NCBI GenBank assembly: GCA_963697065.1
Contig: CAVOMQ010000001.1
Span: forward strand, 1,410,518-1,474,517
Reading direction: 5' to 3'
Origin: an uncultured Gemmatimonadales bacterium
Lineage (GTDB): Bacteria > Gemmatimonadota > Gemmatimonadetes > Gemmatimonadales > GWC2-71-9
Length of the DNA stretch: 64,000 bases
Position 1 is the first letter of the stretch. Each line of letters begins with the position of its first letter. The notes beneath the pieces were generated by a model. The model saw only the letters and a list, made by a program, of their open reading frames with translations. It was not told the origin of the DNA and searched no databases. This document shows, in pieces, positions 28,305 through 39,541 of this stretch. The position numbers and the translations under genes were made by a program.

Positions 28305-29450
28305 ATGCCACGCCGATGCTTCCGACTTCCGGCCCCGCAGTCGAATCGAGCCGCGCTGCTCGCGACATTGCTGAGCGCGGCATGTGGCGGCGCGCCCCGT
28401 CCGCCCGGACCGTCCGTGTCACCGCCTCCCGCCGGCTCGGAAACAGCGCCGAGACCAGCGCTGCGGACCGCGCCGCCCGACCCGCAGCGCTACCTCGCGA
28501 ACCGCCGTCGCTTTGCGCTGACGATCGACGGCCGCCTCGACGATCCGGCATGGCGGGACGCGCCGTGGAGTCGCGGATTCGCCGACATCGAGGGCCCGAT
28601 CCGGGGCAAGCCACCACTCACCACCCGGGTGCGGATGCTGTGGGACGACCGGTACTGGTACATTGGCGCGGAACTCGACGAGCCGGATCTGTGGGCCACG
28701 ATCCGCCAGCACGACGCGGTGATCTTTCACGACAACGATTTCGAGATCTTCACCGACCCGAGCGGCACCACCCACCGCTATTTCGAGATCGAATTGAACG
28801 CCCTCGCTGCCGAATGGGATCTGTTCCTTCCGAAACCGTATCGCGACGGCGGAAGCGCCGAGAACGGGTGGGAGATTCCCGGATTGAAGCTCGCCGTGGC
28901 GCTGCATGGCACGCTCGACGATTCGCGGGACCGCGACCACGGCTGGACGGTAGAGCTGGCGATCCCCTGGGCGGCGCTGGCCGATTCGGGCCGCAATGCC
29001 GTGCCACCCGTGCCCGGGACGCAGTGGCGAGTCGATTTTTCCCGCGTCGAGTGGGACCTCGATCGCGCTGGCGCCGGCTATGTCAAGCGCACCGACGCCA
29101 CCGGTCATCCCCTTGCGGAGCACAACTGGGTCTGGTCGCCGCAGGGCGCCGTCAACATGCACATGCCGGAAATGTGGGGCGTGGTACAGTTCGGCGGTGC
29201 CGGCTGGCACGCCGATCCGGCGGCGGATGCCGCGAAATGGGCGCTGCGCCGCGTCTACTACGCCGAGCGCGAGTGGCAGGACGCCCGGCACCGGTTCGCA
29301 TCGCTGGCTGATCTCGCGCTCCAGCGTCTCCCGGCCGGTGTTACTGTCACCGCCACCGATTCGACCTGGAGCGCGAGGCTGGCCGAGCCGAAGAGTGCCA
29401 GGGTATGGCATATCCGCGCCGACGGTCTGGTGTGGTCCACCACCCACTGA
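28305..29450 (+). CDS. Lipoprotein with a CBM9/DOMON-like carbohydrate-binding domain
   Basis: Lipobox 'LLATLLSAAC'. Motifs 'FALTIDGRLDDPAWRDAPW', 'MLWDDRYWYIGAELDEPD', 'HDNDFEIFTDP', 'YFEIELNALAAEWDLF'. Confidence 0.6.
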   Translation: MPRRCFRLPAPQSNRAALLATLLSAACGGAPRPPGPSVSPPPAGSETAPRPALRTAPPDPQRYLANRRRFALTIDGRLDDPAWRDAPWSRGFADIEGPIRGKPPLTTRVRMLWDDRYWYIGAELDEPDLWATIRQHDAVIFHDNDFEIFTDPSGTTHRYFEIELNALAAEWDLFLPKPYRDGGSAENGWEIPGLKLAVALHGTLDDSRDRDHGWTVELAIPWAALADSGRNAVPPVPGTQWRVDFSRVEWDLDRAGAGYVKRTDATGHPLAEHNWVWSPQGAVNMHMPEMWGVVQFGGAGWHADPAADAAKWALRRVYYAEREWQDARHRFASLADLALQRLPAGVTVTATDSTWSARLAEPKSARVWHIRADGLVWSTTH

Positions 29451-29460
29451 GGAGCACCGC

Positions 29461-30525
29461 ATGGAACGGCGCCGGTTCGTCGAAGTGATCGGGGGGTCCG
29501 CGGCGATGTTCGCGCTGGCGCCGCCACTCACCCGGCGCCGTGACGACTTTGCCGCGTGGACCTGGGTGCACGGCAACGGTGACAGCGACACGGTCTGGCG
29601 CGCGAAATTCCAGCGGCTGGCGGATGCGGGGATCACGGGGGTTCTGGTGGGCGGCGGCGATCTCGACATACTGACGGCAGCCGCGCACGGGGCCGGGCTG
29701 TCGTTCCACGCCTGGACCTGGATGCTCAATCGCAGCGGCGATGCCAGGGTCAAGGCCGAGCATCCGGAGTGGTTCGACGTGAGTCGCAACGGCGACTCCA
29801 GCCTGACCCATCCCCCCTATGTCGGCTACTACCAGTGGCTCTGCCCGACGCGCCCGGAGGTGCGCGCCTATCTCGACGCAATCGTCGACGAGGCGGCGGC
29901 CCACCCCGGCGTCGACGGCGTGCATCTCGACTACATCCGGCACCCCGACGTGATCCTGCCCAGGGGACTCTGGTCGAAGTACCACCTGGTGCAGGATCAC
30001 GAGATGCCGGAGTACGACTTCTGCTACTGCCAGGTGTGCCGCGACACGTTCAAGGCCCAGTACGGCACCGATCCCTTGCAACTCCCCGCGCCGAGCGCCG
30101 ACCAGGCGTGGCGGCAGTTCCGGTACGACTCGGTGACCGATCTGGTGAAAGGGCTGGCACGGCGGGCCCACGCCCGCGGCAAGGCGATTTCGGCCGCTGT
30201 CTTTCCGACGCCGATGATCGCCCGCACGCTGGTCCGTCAGGCGTGGGACACCTGGCCGCTGGATGTCGTCTTCCCGATGCTGTATCACTCGTTCTATGAG
30301 GAAGAGATTCCGTGGATCGGCCGCGGCGTGGCGCAAGGCGTGGCGGCGCTGCCGGCCAGTGAGCCGTTGTATGCCGGATTGTATCTGCCGTCGCTCGATC
30401 CCCGCGAGCTGGCCGCCGCGGTGCGCACCGCCCGGGACAATGGGGCCGCCGGCGTCTCGTGCTTCGACTCCGGCGGCCTCACCGACCAGCACCTGACCGC
30501 GTTGCGCGGCGCGCTGCGCGGTTAG
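29461..30525 (+). CDS. Tat-exported family-10-like glycosyl hydrolase (GHL10/DUF187-like)
   Basis: 354 aa from ATG 29461, with GAGGAG upstream. Signal 'MERRRFVEVIGGSAAMFALA'. Motifs 'GVDGVHLDYIRHP', 'CYCQVCRDTFK'. Confidence 0.55.
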   Translation: MERRRFVEVIGGSAAMFALAPPLTRRRDDFAAWTWVHGNGDSDTVWRAKFQRLADAGITGVLVGGGDLDILTAAAHGAGLSFHAWTWMLNRSGDARVKAEHPEWFDVSRNGDSSLTHPPYVGYYQWLCPTRPEVRAYLDAIVDEAAAHPGVDGVHLDYIRHPDVILPRGLWSKYHLVQDHEMPEYDFCYCQVCRDTFKAQYGTDPLQLPAPSADQAWRQFRYDSVTDLVKGLARRAHARGKAISAAVFPTPMIARTLVRQAWDTWPLDVVFPMLYHSFYEEEIPWIGRGVAQGVAALPASEPLYAGLYLPSLDPRELAAAVRTARDNGAAGVSCFDSGGLTDQHLTALRGALRG

Positions 30526-33500
30526 TTGCCGCCGCCCCGTCCGCCGCCCCGCCCGGCGGGGGCACCCAGTTCCTCGGTGCTGATGACGATCGCGCCGTGG
30601 CCCGCGGCCTGGAGTGCGCCATTTACCGGCGGGAGCAGCGTCGCGAGATCGCGTCGGAGCCGCAGCAGCTGGACGTCGAGTTTCGGCACCAGATCGTTCC
30701 ACACCTGATAGGCCTGCGGCGGCGGCCGGCGCGAGCCGCTCGAAATGAACCCGGCCAGGGCGCCGATCTGATTGTTGAGGCGGATCGGGTAATTGAGTGG
30801 ATCCTCGCTGGCGTGGTTCTGGCTCTGGTAGATCGAGTCCTCCACCGACGTCACGCTGTCCTGGAGGGTCCGGGCTGCCGCGGCGAACGCGCCGCCGGAC
30901 GCGGCCATCACCGGCCGCAGCGAATCAAGTTGGTAGATCAGATTGCGGATGGTGCGCACCGCGTTGTTGGCTGCCGAGACCGTGTCGCGAATGCGGAGCA
31001 GGAAATTGACCTGCTCGGTGATGTCGGCGTCGGTGGCGTCGGTACGTGGGTCCTTCTCGACGTGCGCGGTGCGCACCAGCGGTGCGCCGCCGTCGACTGT
31101 CATGCGGACGGTATACGCGCCCGGGCCGCCGACCGGCCCGTTCAGTCCGTCGCCGTCCCAGTACACCGCGCCCCGGAAGTTCGTGCCGTCAGGGTAACGC
31201 AGCGGGATGTCGAAGTGATTCAACCCGACCGAATCGGTGACGCGGGCCGGCCCGCCGCGCCCGCCCCGGCCGAATCCGCCACGTCCGCCGCCGCCGCGCC
31301 CGCCCCGGCCGCCGACCGCGCTGTCCGCGCTCGAGACCTTCTGCAAGGCGGTGCCATGCGGGTCGAGCAGTTCGAGCTGCACGGTGTTTCCCGGCTTGGC
31401 AAGCCAGTAGTCGACGGTGACAGCGCCGCTGCTCCGGTACGTGACACCGGGCTGATAGAGATACGCCGCGGCACCGCGGTTGACCTGGTCGGCCTGGCGC
31501 AGCGGCGCGATGCCTTCGAGCGCATAGAAGCCGCGGCCCATGGTGGCAATGACGATGTCGTCGTCGCGCAGCGCAATATCGTGAACCGCCACGGGCGGCA
31601 GGTTGAGTCTGAGGCTCTGCCAGTGCGCGCCGTCGTCGTAGGAGATGTACATGCTGCGCTCGGTGGCGGCATACAGCAGCCCCGGGCGGACCAGATCTTC
31701 GCGGATGGCACGCGTCGGCTGGTCAGGCGGGAGTCCGTTGACGATCTTCGTCCACGTGGCGCCGTAGTCGGTGGTCTTGTAGAGGTACGGCGCGTTATCG
31801 TCCATCTCGTAGCGGTTGGCCGCGAAATACATCGTCCCGGGCTGGAAATGCGACGGTTCGACGATCGAGATGCGCGTCCACTCCGGCAGGCCTTTCGGTG
31901 TGACGTTGGTCCATGACGGCCTGGCCGCGTTGGCGTTGCGCGACAGATAGATCAACCCGTCGTCGGAGCCGGTCCACACCAGCCCGGGCTTTACCGGCGA
32001 CTCCTGCACGGCGAAGATCGTTCCGTAATACTCGACGCTGGTCTGGTCCTTGGTGATCGGACCGCCCGACGCGCCCAGCGTGGCGGGATTGTGCCGGGTG
32101 AGATCGGGCGAGATGACGTGCCAGGTCTGGCCGAGGTCGTTCGACTTGAACAGCACGCTCGATCCGACGTAGAGCACTTTCGGATCGTTCGGCGAATTCA
32201 TGATCGGATAGGTCCACTGGAAGCGGTACTTCGAGTCGCTGGCGTCGTGCCCCATCGGATTGAGCGGCCAGGGGTCCAGGCGCTCCGACTGGCCGGTGCG
32301 CTTGTTGCGCATCTCGAGGACGCCGCTGTAGTTGCCACCGAACGTCACGTCGGGGTCGAGCGGGTCGGATGCGACATAGCCCGATTCACCGCCGGCACCG
32401 CCGTAGCGCGTGGTGAAGTCGTACGGACTGGCCGGCGCACCGCCACGTCCCCCGCGCCCGCCCCCGCCGCCCCCGCCGCCGAATCCGCGACCGCCGGCCG
32501 CCCGGATCGGGAAGCAATCGACACCGCCGTCCTGTTCGGCGCCGCAGACGTCGTAGGGGAACGCATCGGTGAGGTGGACGTGATAGTACTGGCCGGTGGG
32601 AATCTCCGCGCTCAGCCGCGTCTTGCCACCGTCGGTGCTGATGACCACGCCGGGATCGCCGGCCACCGCGATGCGCTGCGGATCGTTCGGCGCGACCCAG
32701 TACTGATGAGTGTCACCGTTGCCGAGTCCCGACTGAAACGTCTTGCCGCCGTCGTGCGAGACGTACCCGCCGACGTTGCCGGCGTAGAGCGTGTTGGTGT
32801 CCTTCGGGTCGGCCGTGACCCTGCTGAAATACCACGCCCGCTGGCGGAGATTGCGGTCACCGTTCATGAACTGCCAGGTGGCGCCGTCGTCGTCGGAGCG
32901 GAACAGCCCGCCGGAATCGGCTTCGATCAGGGCCCAGACGCGATGCGGATTCGCGGGCGAGATCGCGATCCCGACGTTGCCCCAGATTCCGGTGGGCAGC
33001 CCCGAGCGGCCGCGAAGGTCGGTCCAGTGGTCGCCGCCGTCGGTCGTCTTCCAGAGGCCGCTTCCCGCTCCGCCGCTGACCAGCAGCCACGGCTTCCGTC
33101 CCGCCTGCCAGAAGCCGGCGTAGAGCACATCCGGATTGGACGGATCCATCGCCAGGTCGGAAACGCCGGTCGAGTCGTTGACGAACAACACCTTTTCCCA
33201 GGTCTTGCCGCCGTCACGCGTGCGATAGACGCCGCGCTCGCTGTTCGGTCCGAAGACGTGCCCCAGCGCGCCGACATAGACGACGTCGGGATTGGTGGGA
33301 TCGACGATGACCCGCGAGATATACTCGGTGGCTTTGAGCCCCATGTAGCTCCACGTCTTGCCCGCGTCGATCGACTTCCACACGCCGTCACCGTACGAGA
33401 CGTTGCCGCGGATCGGCGTTTCGCCGCCGCCCGCCCAGACGATGTCGGGGTTGGCGGCGTCCACCGTCACTGCGCCGACGGTGCCGCCGAAATAGGCATC

Positions 33501-33773
33501 GGTCATCGGCTGCCAGGTGTGGCCACCGTCGGTGGTCTTCCAGACCCCGCCCCCGGTGGTGCCGACGTAATACTCGTCGGGACGCTGCGCCGAGCCCACC
33601 ACGGACGTCATGCGCCCGGTGTGGGCGGGGCCAAGCATCCGCCATTCCAATCCGCGCCACAACGTGGTGTCGACGGTACCGGAACTCGTTGCGGAGGTTG
33701 GTTGCTGCGCGAGGGCGATGGCGGGGACGAGCGACAGGACAGCGAGGCGATGCAGGACGGCAACGCGGGACAT
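30522..33773 (-). CDS. Secreted BNR/Asp-box (sortilin/VPS10-like) beta-propeller protein with RGG-rich inserts
   Basis: 1083 aa from ATG 33773, with a signal peptide. There are at least 10 Asp-boxes: 'TTDGGHTWQ', 'SIDAGKTWS', 'TRDGGKTWE', 'TTDGGDHWT', 'SDDDGATWQ', 'SHDGGKTFQ', 'SNDLGQTWH', 'TTDYGATWT', 'SYDDGAHWQ'. Three Gly/Arg tracts are present. Confidence 0.8.
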   Translation of the reverse strand: MSRVAVLHRLAVLSLVPAIALAQQPTSATSSGTVDTTLWRGLEWRMLGPAHTGRMTSVVGSAQRPDEYYVGTTGGGVWKTTDGGHTWQPMTDAYFGGTVGAVTVDAANPDIVWAGGGETPIRGNVSYGDGVWKSIDAGKTWSYMGLKATEYISRVIVDPTNPDVVYVGALGHVFGPNSERGVYRTRDGGKTWEKVLFVNDSTGVSDLAMDPSNPDVLYAGFWQAGRKPWLLVSGGAGSGLWKTTDGGDHWTDLRGRSGLPTGIWGNVGIAISPANPHRVWALIEADSGGLFRSDDDGATWQFMNGDRNLRQRAWYFSRVTADPKDTNTLYAGNVGGYVSHDGGKTFQSGLGNGDTHQYWVAPNDPQRIAVAGDPGVVISTDGGKTRLSAEIPTGQYYHVHLTDAFPYDVCGAEQDGGVDCFPIRAAGGRGFGGGGGGGGRGGRGGAPASPYDFTTRYGGAGGESGYVASDPLDPDVTFGGNYSGVLEMRNKRTGQSERLDPWPLNPMGHDASDSKYRFQWTYPIMNSPNDPKVLYVGSSVLFKSNDLGQTWHVISPDLTRHNPATLGASGGPITKDQTSVEYYGTIFAVQESPVKPGLVWTGSDDGLIYLSRNANAARPSWTNVTPKGLPEWTRISIVEPSHFQPGTMYFAANRYEMDDNAPYLYKTTDYGATWTKIVNGLPPDQPTRAIREDLVRPGLLYAATERSMYISYDDGAHWQSLRLNLPPVAVHDIALRDDDIVIATMGRGFYALEGIAPLRQADQVNRGAAAYLYQPGVTYRSSGAVTVDYWLAKPGNTVQLELLDPHGTALQKVSSADSAVGGRGGRGGGGRGGFGRGGRGGPARVTDSVGLNHFDIPLRYPDGTNFRGAVYWDGDGLNGPVGGPGAYTVRMTVDGGAPLVRTAHVEKDPRTDATDADITEQVNFLLRIRDTVSAANNAVRTIRNLIYQLDSLRPVMAASGGAFAAAARTLQDSVTSVEDSIYQSQNHASEDPLNYPIRLNNQIGALAGFISSGSRRPPPQAYQVWNDLVPKLDVQLLRLRRDLATLLPPVNGALQAAGHGAIVISTEELGAPAGRGGGRGGGN

Positions 33774-33831
33774 CAGCGGAACCTCAGGCGACAATGGCGG
33801 CGTGCGCTCGACGGGGGAGCACAATGTTACC

Positions 33832-35148
<1,317 letters not shown>

Positions 35149-36135
35149 TCAGCGGCCCTCGAGCCCGAAGAGACGCGCGGCGTTCCCGCCCAGGATCGCG
35201 GCCTTGTCCGCGGCCGGAATCGGCAACGAGGCAATCGACGCGTGCATCTGCGGGATGCTGCCGATCTGGTGCGGATAGTCGCTCCCCGCCAGCACCTGGC
35301 TGCTGCCGGCGAACGCGATGGCCAGCTGGAGCGCGTGCGGGTCGAAGTTCACCGTGTCGTAGTAGAACTGCCTGAGATAATGACTCGGCGGCATGGCAAT
35401 GTGCTGCCGGCACGACTCGAAGTTCTCGTAGCCACGGTCGAGGCGCTCGGCGAGATAGGGAATGGTGCCGCCGAGATGACCGAGCACCCAGCGGATGCCG
35501 GGGAAGCGCTCCGGCACGCCGGCAAAGACGAGGTGCGCGGCGGCGAGTGTGGTGTCGAAGAGAAAGCCGCACAGCGGCATCAACCAGTATTCCTGCATCG
35601 CCTCGACGCCCAGCGGGAACGTGGGGTGGATGTAGAACACGGCGTTCGCGTCGCTGGCCCGCTGATAGAGGGGCCAGAACTGCTGGCCGGCGAGCGGATT
35701 GCCGTTGACATTGCCGAACAGCATGCACCCCTTGAAGCCGAGTTGCATGACGCGGTCGAATTCGGCTTCGGCGGCCGACGGGTCGTTGAGCGGCAGCGTG
35801 GCCAGCGCGGTGAAACGGTCGCCGCGTTCGCGCATGATGGCGGCGAACGCATCGTTGACCAGCCGTGCCAGCCGGACCGAGCGTTCCGGCGACTCCAGCA
35901 GGGTGCCGGGGCAGGTGAGCGAAATCACCTGCCGGTCCACCCCTTCCTGGTCGAGCACCTGTTGCCGGTACGCGATATCCCGATGGCCGCGGACGGCGAT
36001 GTTGATGTCGCCGGGCGAGTAGAGCACCGGATTGCCGTGCGGGTCGTCGCGGACGGTGAGCACACTGGCGTCCGAGCGCAACGCCTGGAGGAAGGCCGGC
36101 GGGTAGAAGTGGTTGTGCACGTCGATCACGGCCAT
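35149..36135 (-). CDS. Amidohydrolase-2 (ACMSD-like) family metal-dependent hydrolase/decarboxylase
   Basis: 328 aa. Motifs: 'IDVHNHFYP', 'FYIHPTFP', 'LAGSDYPH'. The stop abuts the fucosidase start with no spacer. Confidence 0.8.
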   Translation of the reverse strand: MAVIDVHNHFYPPAFLQALRSDASVLTVRDDPHGNPVLYSPGDINIAVRGHRDIAYRQQVLDQEGVDRQVISLTCPGTLLESPERSVRLARLVNDAFAAIMRERGDRFTALATLPLNDPSAAEAEFDRVMQLGFKGCMLFGNVNGNPLAGQQFWPLYQRASDANAVFYIHPTFPLGVEAMQEYWLMPLCGFLFDTTLAAAHLVFAGVPERFPGIRWVLGHLGGTIPYLAERLDRGYENFESCRQHIAMPPSHYLRQFYYDTVNFDPHALQLAIAFAGSSQVLAGSDYPHQIGSIPQMHASIASLPIPAADKAAILGGNAARLFGLEGR

Positions 36136-36247
36136 GGCGGGCGTTCTCTCGGCGGTCGGAGGCTCCGAAAGAGGCCGCGGAAGGGGGTGGCGGTCAAGTC
36201 ACCGGCGCGGCGAGGCGGGCGGGGCTCCGCCGGTATATTCCGGAACG

Positions 36248-37027
36248 ATGTTTCCGTACAAGGACGACAATCCGACCATCCTCACCCCGATCATGGTGGT
36301 GGCGCTGATTGCGGCCAATCTCGCCATCTGGATCGTATTCCAGGGGATGGGGAGCGCCGAGCGCGTGGCGGCGTCGATCTGTGAACTCGGCCTGATCCCC
36401 GGGGACCTGCTGCACCGGCTCCCGATCGGATACACGTTCCCGGTTGGGGATGGGCTGTCCTGCGTGGTGCAGCCCGGCAACGCCTGGTACACCGTCATTT
36501 CGTCGATGTTCCTCCACGGCGGCTGGCTCCACATCCTCGGCAACATGTGGTTCCTGTGGGTGTTCGGCAACAACGTCGAGGACATCATGGGACACGGCCG
36601 CTTTCTGGTGTTCTATCTGGTGTGCGGCCTGGCGGCGGCCGCGGCCCAGATCGCGATCTCGCCCTCGAGCGCGGTGCCGATGGTGGGTGCCAGTGGCGCG
36701 ATCAGCGGCGTCATGGGGGCCTACGTGGTGCTCTATCCGCGGGTGCGGGTCCACTGCCTGGTCTGGCTGGTGATCTTCATCTTCCGGGTGACGGTGCCGG
36801 CGTGGCTGATGCTGGGCTACTGGTTCGCGCTGCAGGTCGTCGGCGCCAGCGTCGATCCGCTTGGCGGCGTGGCTGTTTGGGCACACATCGGCGGATTCCT
36901 CGCGGGGGCGATCCTCATCAGCATCTTCCGCGATCCGCGGCTGCAGGCACGCCGGGAACAGCTGCTGGCGGCGCGCGCCTGGCAGCAGCCGGTGACGGAC
37001 AGCGCCGGGGGAGGGACGTGGGCATGA
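36248..37027 (+). CDS. Rhomboid-family intramembrane serine protease
   Basis: 259 aa from ATG 36248. Motifs: 'FLHGGWLHILGNMWFLWVFG', 'GASGAISGVMGAY', 'HIGGFLAG'. Confidence 0.85.
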   Translation: MFPYKDDNPTILTPIMVVALIAANLAIWIVFQGMGSAERVAASICELGLIPGDLLHRLPIGYTFPVGDGLSCVVQPGNAWYTVISSMFLHGGWLHILGNMWFLWVFGNNVEDIMGHGRFLVFYLVCGLAAAAAQIAISPSSAVPMVGASGAISGVMGAYVVLYPRVRVHCLVWLVIFIFRVTVPAWLMLGYWFALQVVGASVDPLGGVAVWAHIGGFLAGAILISIFRDPRLQARREQLLAARAWQQPVTDSAGGGTWA

Positions 37028-38068
37028 CGACGGTAGACACCCGGGCGACACGGTCCCGCGGCGCCGGAACAACCTATCCCGCCCGCGAAACGCCGCCGGC
37101 GGGCGCGCTGCCGCGCAACCCCGGCATGCCGCTCGATCTTGGCTGGGTGCGCGAGGTGCGGGTCAATCGCAGTGCGGTGGAGCGGCGCGCGGCCACGATC
37201 CCGGCCCGCCGGTCGGTCAAGAGCGCGTGGCAGGCCGGGTGGTTGCTGCGCGCCGTGTCGCTGATCGATCTCACCACCCTGCAGGGCGACGATACCGCGG
37301 GGCGAGTCCGGCGGCTCTGCGCCAAGGCCCGCCAACCGGTTCGCGCGGATCTGCTTGACGCGATGGGGATGCGTGACGTGCCGTTGCACGTCGCTGCGGT
37401 GTGCGTCTATCACGCCTTCGTGCGGACCGCAGTCGAAGCCCTTGCCGGCAGCGGCATTCCGGTGGCGGCAGTCTCGGCGGGATTCCCGGCCGGGCTCTCG
37501 CCGTTCGAGACGCGGGTCGCCGAAGTCCACGCGTCGGTGGCCGACGGTGCGCGCGAGATCGATATCGTGGTGACGCGGGCCCACGTCCTCACCGGCAACT
37601 GGCCGGCGCTGTATCAGGAAGTGCGCGCCTTCCGCGACGCCTGCGGCGACGCGCACCTCAAGGCGATCCTCGGCACCGGCGACCTCGGCACGCTGCGCGA
37701 AGTGGCGCGCGCATCGTTGGTGGCGATGATGGCGGGCGCGGATTTCGTCAAGACCAGCACCGGCAAGGAGAGCGTCAACGCCACGCTGCCGGTGGGGATC
37801 GTGATGTCGCGCGCGGTGCGCGACTACCACCAGCGCACCGGCTACTGGGTGGGCTTCAAGCCGGCCGGCGGCATCCGCAGCGCCAAGCAGGCGCTCGGCG
37901 TGGCTCGCCATGATCAAGGAAGAGCTGGGTGATCGCTGGTTGCGTCCCGATCTGTTCCGCTTCGGCGCCAGCTCGATGCTGACCGACATCGAGCGCCAGC
38001 TGGAACATCACGTCACCGGCTTCTACTCCGCCGGCCACCGGCACCCGTTGCCGAAAGGGAGCCACTGA
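37024..38068 (+). pseudogene. deoC: Deoxyribose-phosphate aldolase (long form), one frame switch near the 3' end
   Basis: The ATG at 37024 overlaps the rhomboid stop. Motifs 'IDLTTLQGDDT', 'DFVKTSTGK' (Schiff-base Lys), 'GFKPAGGIR'. The frame switches near ~37898 (AKQALG|WLAMIKEELGDRWLRPDLFRFGASS) and the stop is TGA at 38066-38068. Confidence 0.8.
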
Positions 38069-38092
38069 GCGATCCGCGCTCGTTCGGATCAC

Positions 38093-39541
38093 GTGACGCG
38101 TCACGAATCGATGGCCTGGGGGCCCGCACCGGAGTCGGCGGCCGTCGCCAACGAGTGGCTCGACCGCCGCCAGCGGCGCTTCGGGCACTATATCGACGGC
38201 CATTGGACCACTCCGGGCGAGACGTTCGCCGTGTTCAACCCGGCGACGGGCGCCGAACTGGCGCAGGTGACCGAGGGGAGCGAAGACGACGTCGACGCCG
38301 CGGTGACCGCGGCGCGCCGGGCGCTACCGGCGTGGCGGGCGCTGGGCGGCCACGGGCGGGCGCGGTGGCTCTACGCCATCGCCCGCGGTGTGCAGCGGAA
38401 TTCGCGGCTGTTCGCCGTGATCGAAAGCCTCGACAACGGCAAGCCGATCCGCGAGTCGCGCGACATCGACATCCCGCTGGTGGCGCGCCATTTCTATCAT
38501 CACGCCGGTTGGGCGCAATTGCTCGACCGCGAATTCCCGGGGATGGAAGCGGTCGGCGTCGTGGGGCAGGTGATTCCCTGGAACTTCCCGCTGCTGATGC
38601 TGGCGTGGAAGATCGCGCCGGCCCTTGCGGCCGGGAACACGGTGGTGCTCAAGCCGGCCGAATACACGCCGCTCACCGCGCTCTGCTTTGCCGACATGCT
38701 CGAGGACATCGGGCTGCCGGCGGGCGTGGTGAACATCATCACCGGCGACGGGCGCACCGGCGCGGCGCTGGTCGACGCATCCCGACGTCGACAAGGTGGC
38801 CTTCACCGGCTCGACCGACGTGGGACGCGCCATTCGCGTCGGCCACCGCGGGCAGCGGCAAGAAGCTCACGCTCGAACTCGGCGGCAAGTCGCCGTTTGT
38901 GGTGTTCGACGACGCCGATCTCGATTCGGTGGTCGAAGGCGTGGTCGACGCCATCTGGTTCAACCAGGGGCAGGTCTGCTGCGCCGGGTCGCGCATCCTG
39001 GTGGCGGAAAGCGTCGCCGAGCGGCTCGTCGCGAAGCTCCGCGCGCGCATGGAGAAGCTGCGCGTCGGCTCGCCGCTCGACAAGGCGGTCGACATCGGCG
39101 CGATCGTCGCCCCGGTGCAGCTTGCAGCGCATCGAGGAGCTGGTGAAGCAGGGGATTGACCGAGGGCGCCACCTGCTGGCAGCCTTCGTGGAGCGTGCCG
39201 AAGGACGGCCTGTTCTATCCGCCGACGCTCTTTACCGATGTGGCGCCGGCGCCACCGTCGCGCAGGTGGAGATCTTCGGCCCGGTGGTGGTGCTGATGAC
39301 GTTCCGCACGCCCGGACGAAGCGGTCGAACTCGCCAACAACACCCGCTACGGACTGGCCGCCAGTGTCTGGAGCGAGAACCTGAACACCGCGCTCGACAT
39401 CGCGCCGCGAATCAAGGCCGGCACCGTGTGGGTCAACTGCACCAACATGTTCGACGCCGCGTCGCGGGTTCGGCGGCTACCGCGAAAGCGGTTACGGGCG
39501 CGAGGGCGGTCGCGAAGGGATGTACGAGTACCTGCCGGCCG
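38093..39541 (+). pseudogene. Aldehyde dehydrogenase 1, frame broken at least 8 times; 3' boundary unresolved
   Basis: Pieces in ORFs 38093..40030, 38796..39146, 38155..39159 and 39520..40479 give 'VIPWNFPLLMLAWKIAPALAAGN', 'VAFTGSTDVGRAI', 'LELGGKSPFVVF', 'NQGQVCCAGSRILV' (catalytic Cys), 'EIFGPVVVLMTF' and 'GREGMYEYL'. No stop is visible at the expected end. Confidence 0.75.

Noticed and set aside
31243-31316. Short GC-rich direct repeats (ccgcgcccgccccggccg, two copies, and similar ones at 32436-32500) as a possible CRISPR or tandem-repeat locus.
   Set aside because: They lie inside an intact ORF and simply encode Gly/Arg tracts. There is no repeat-spacer periodicity and no cas genes.
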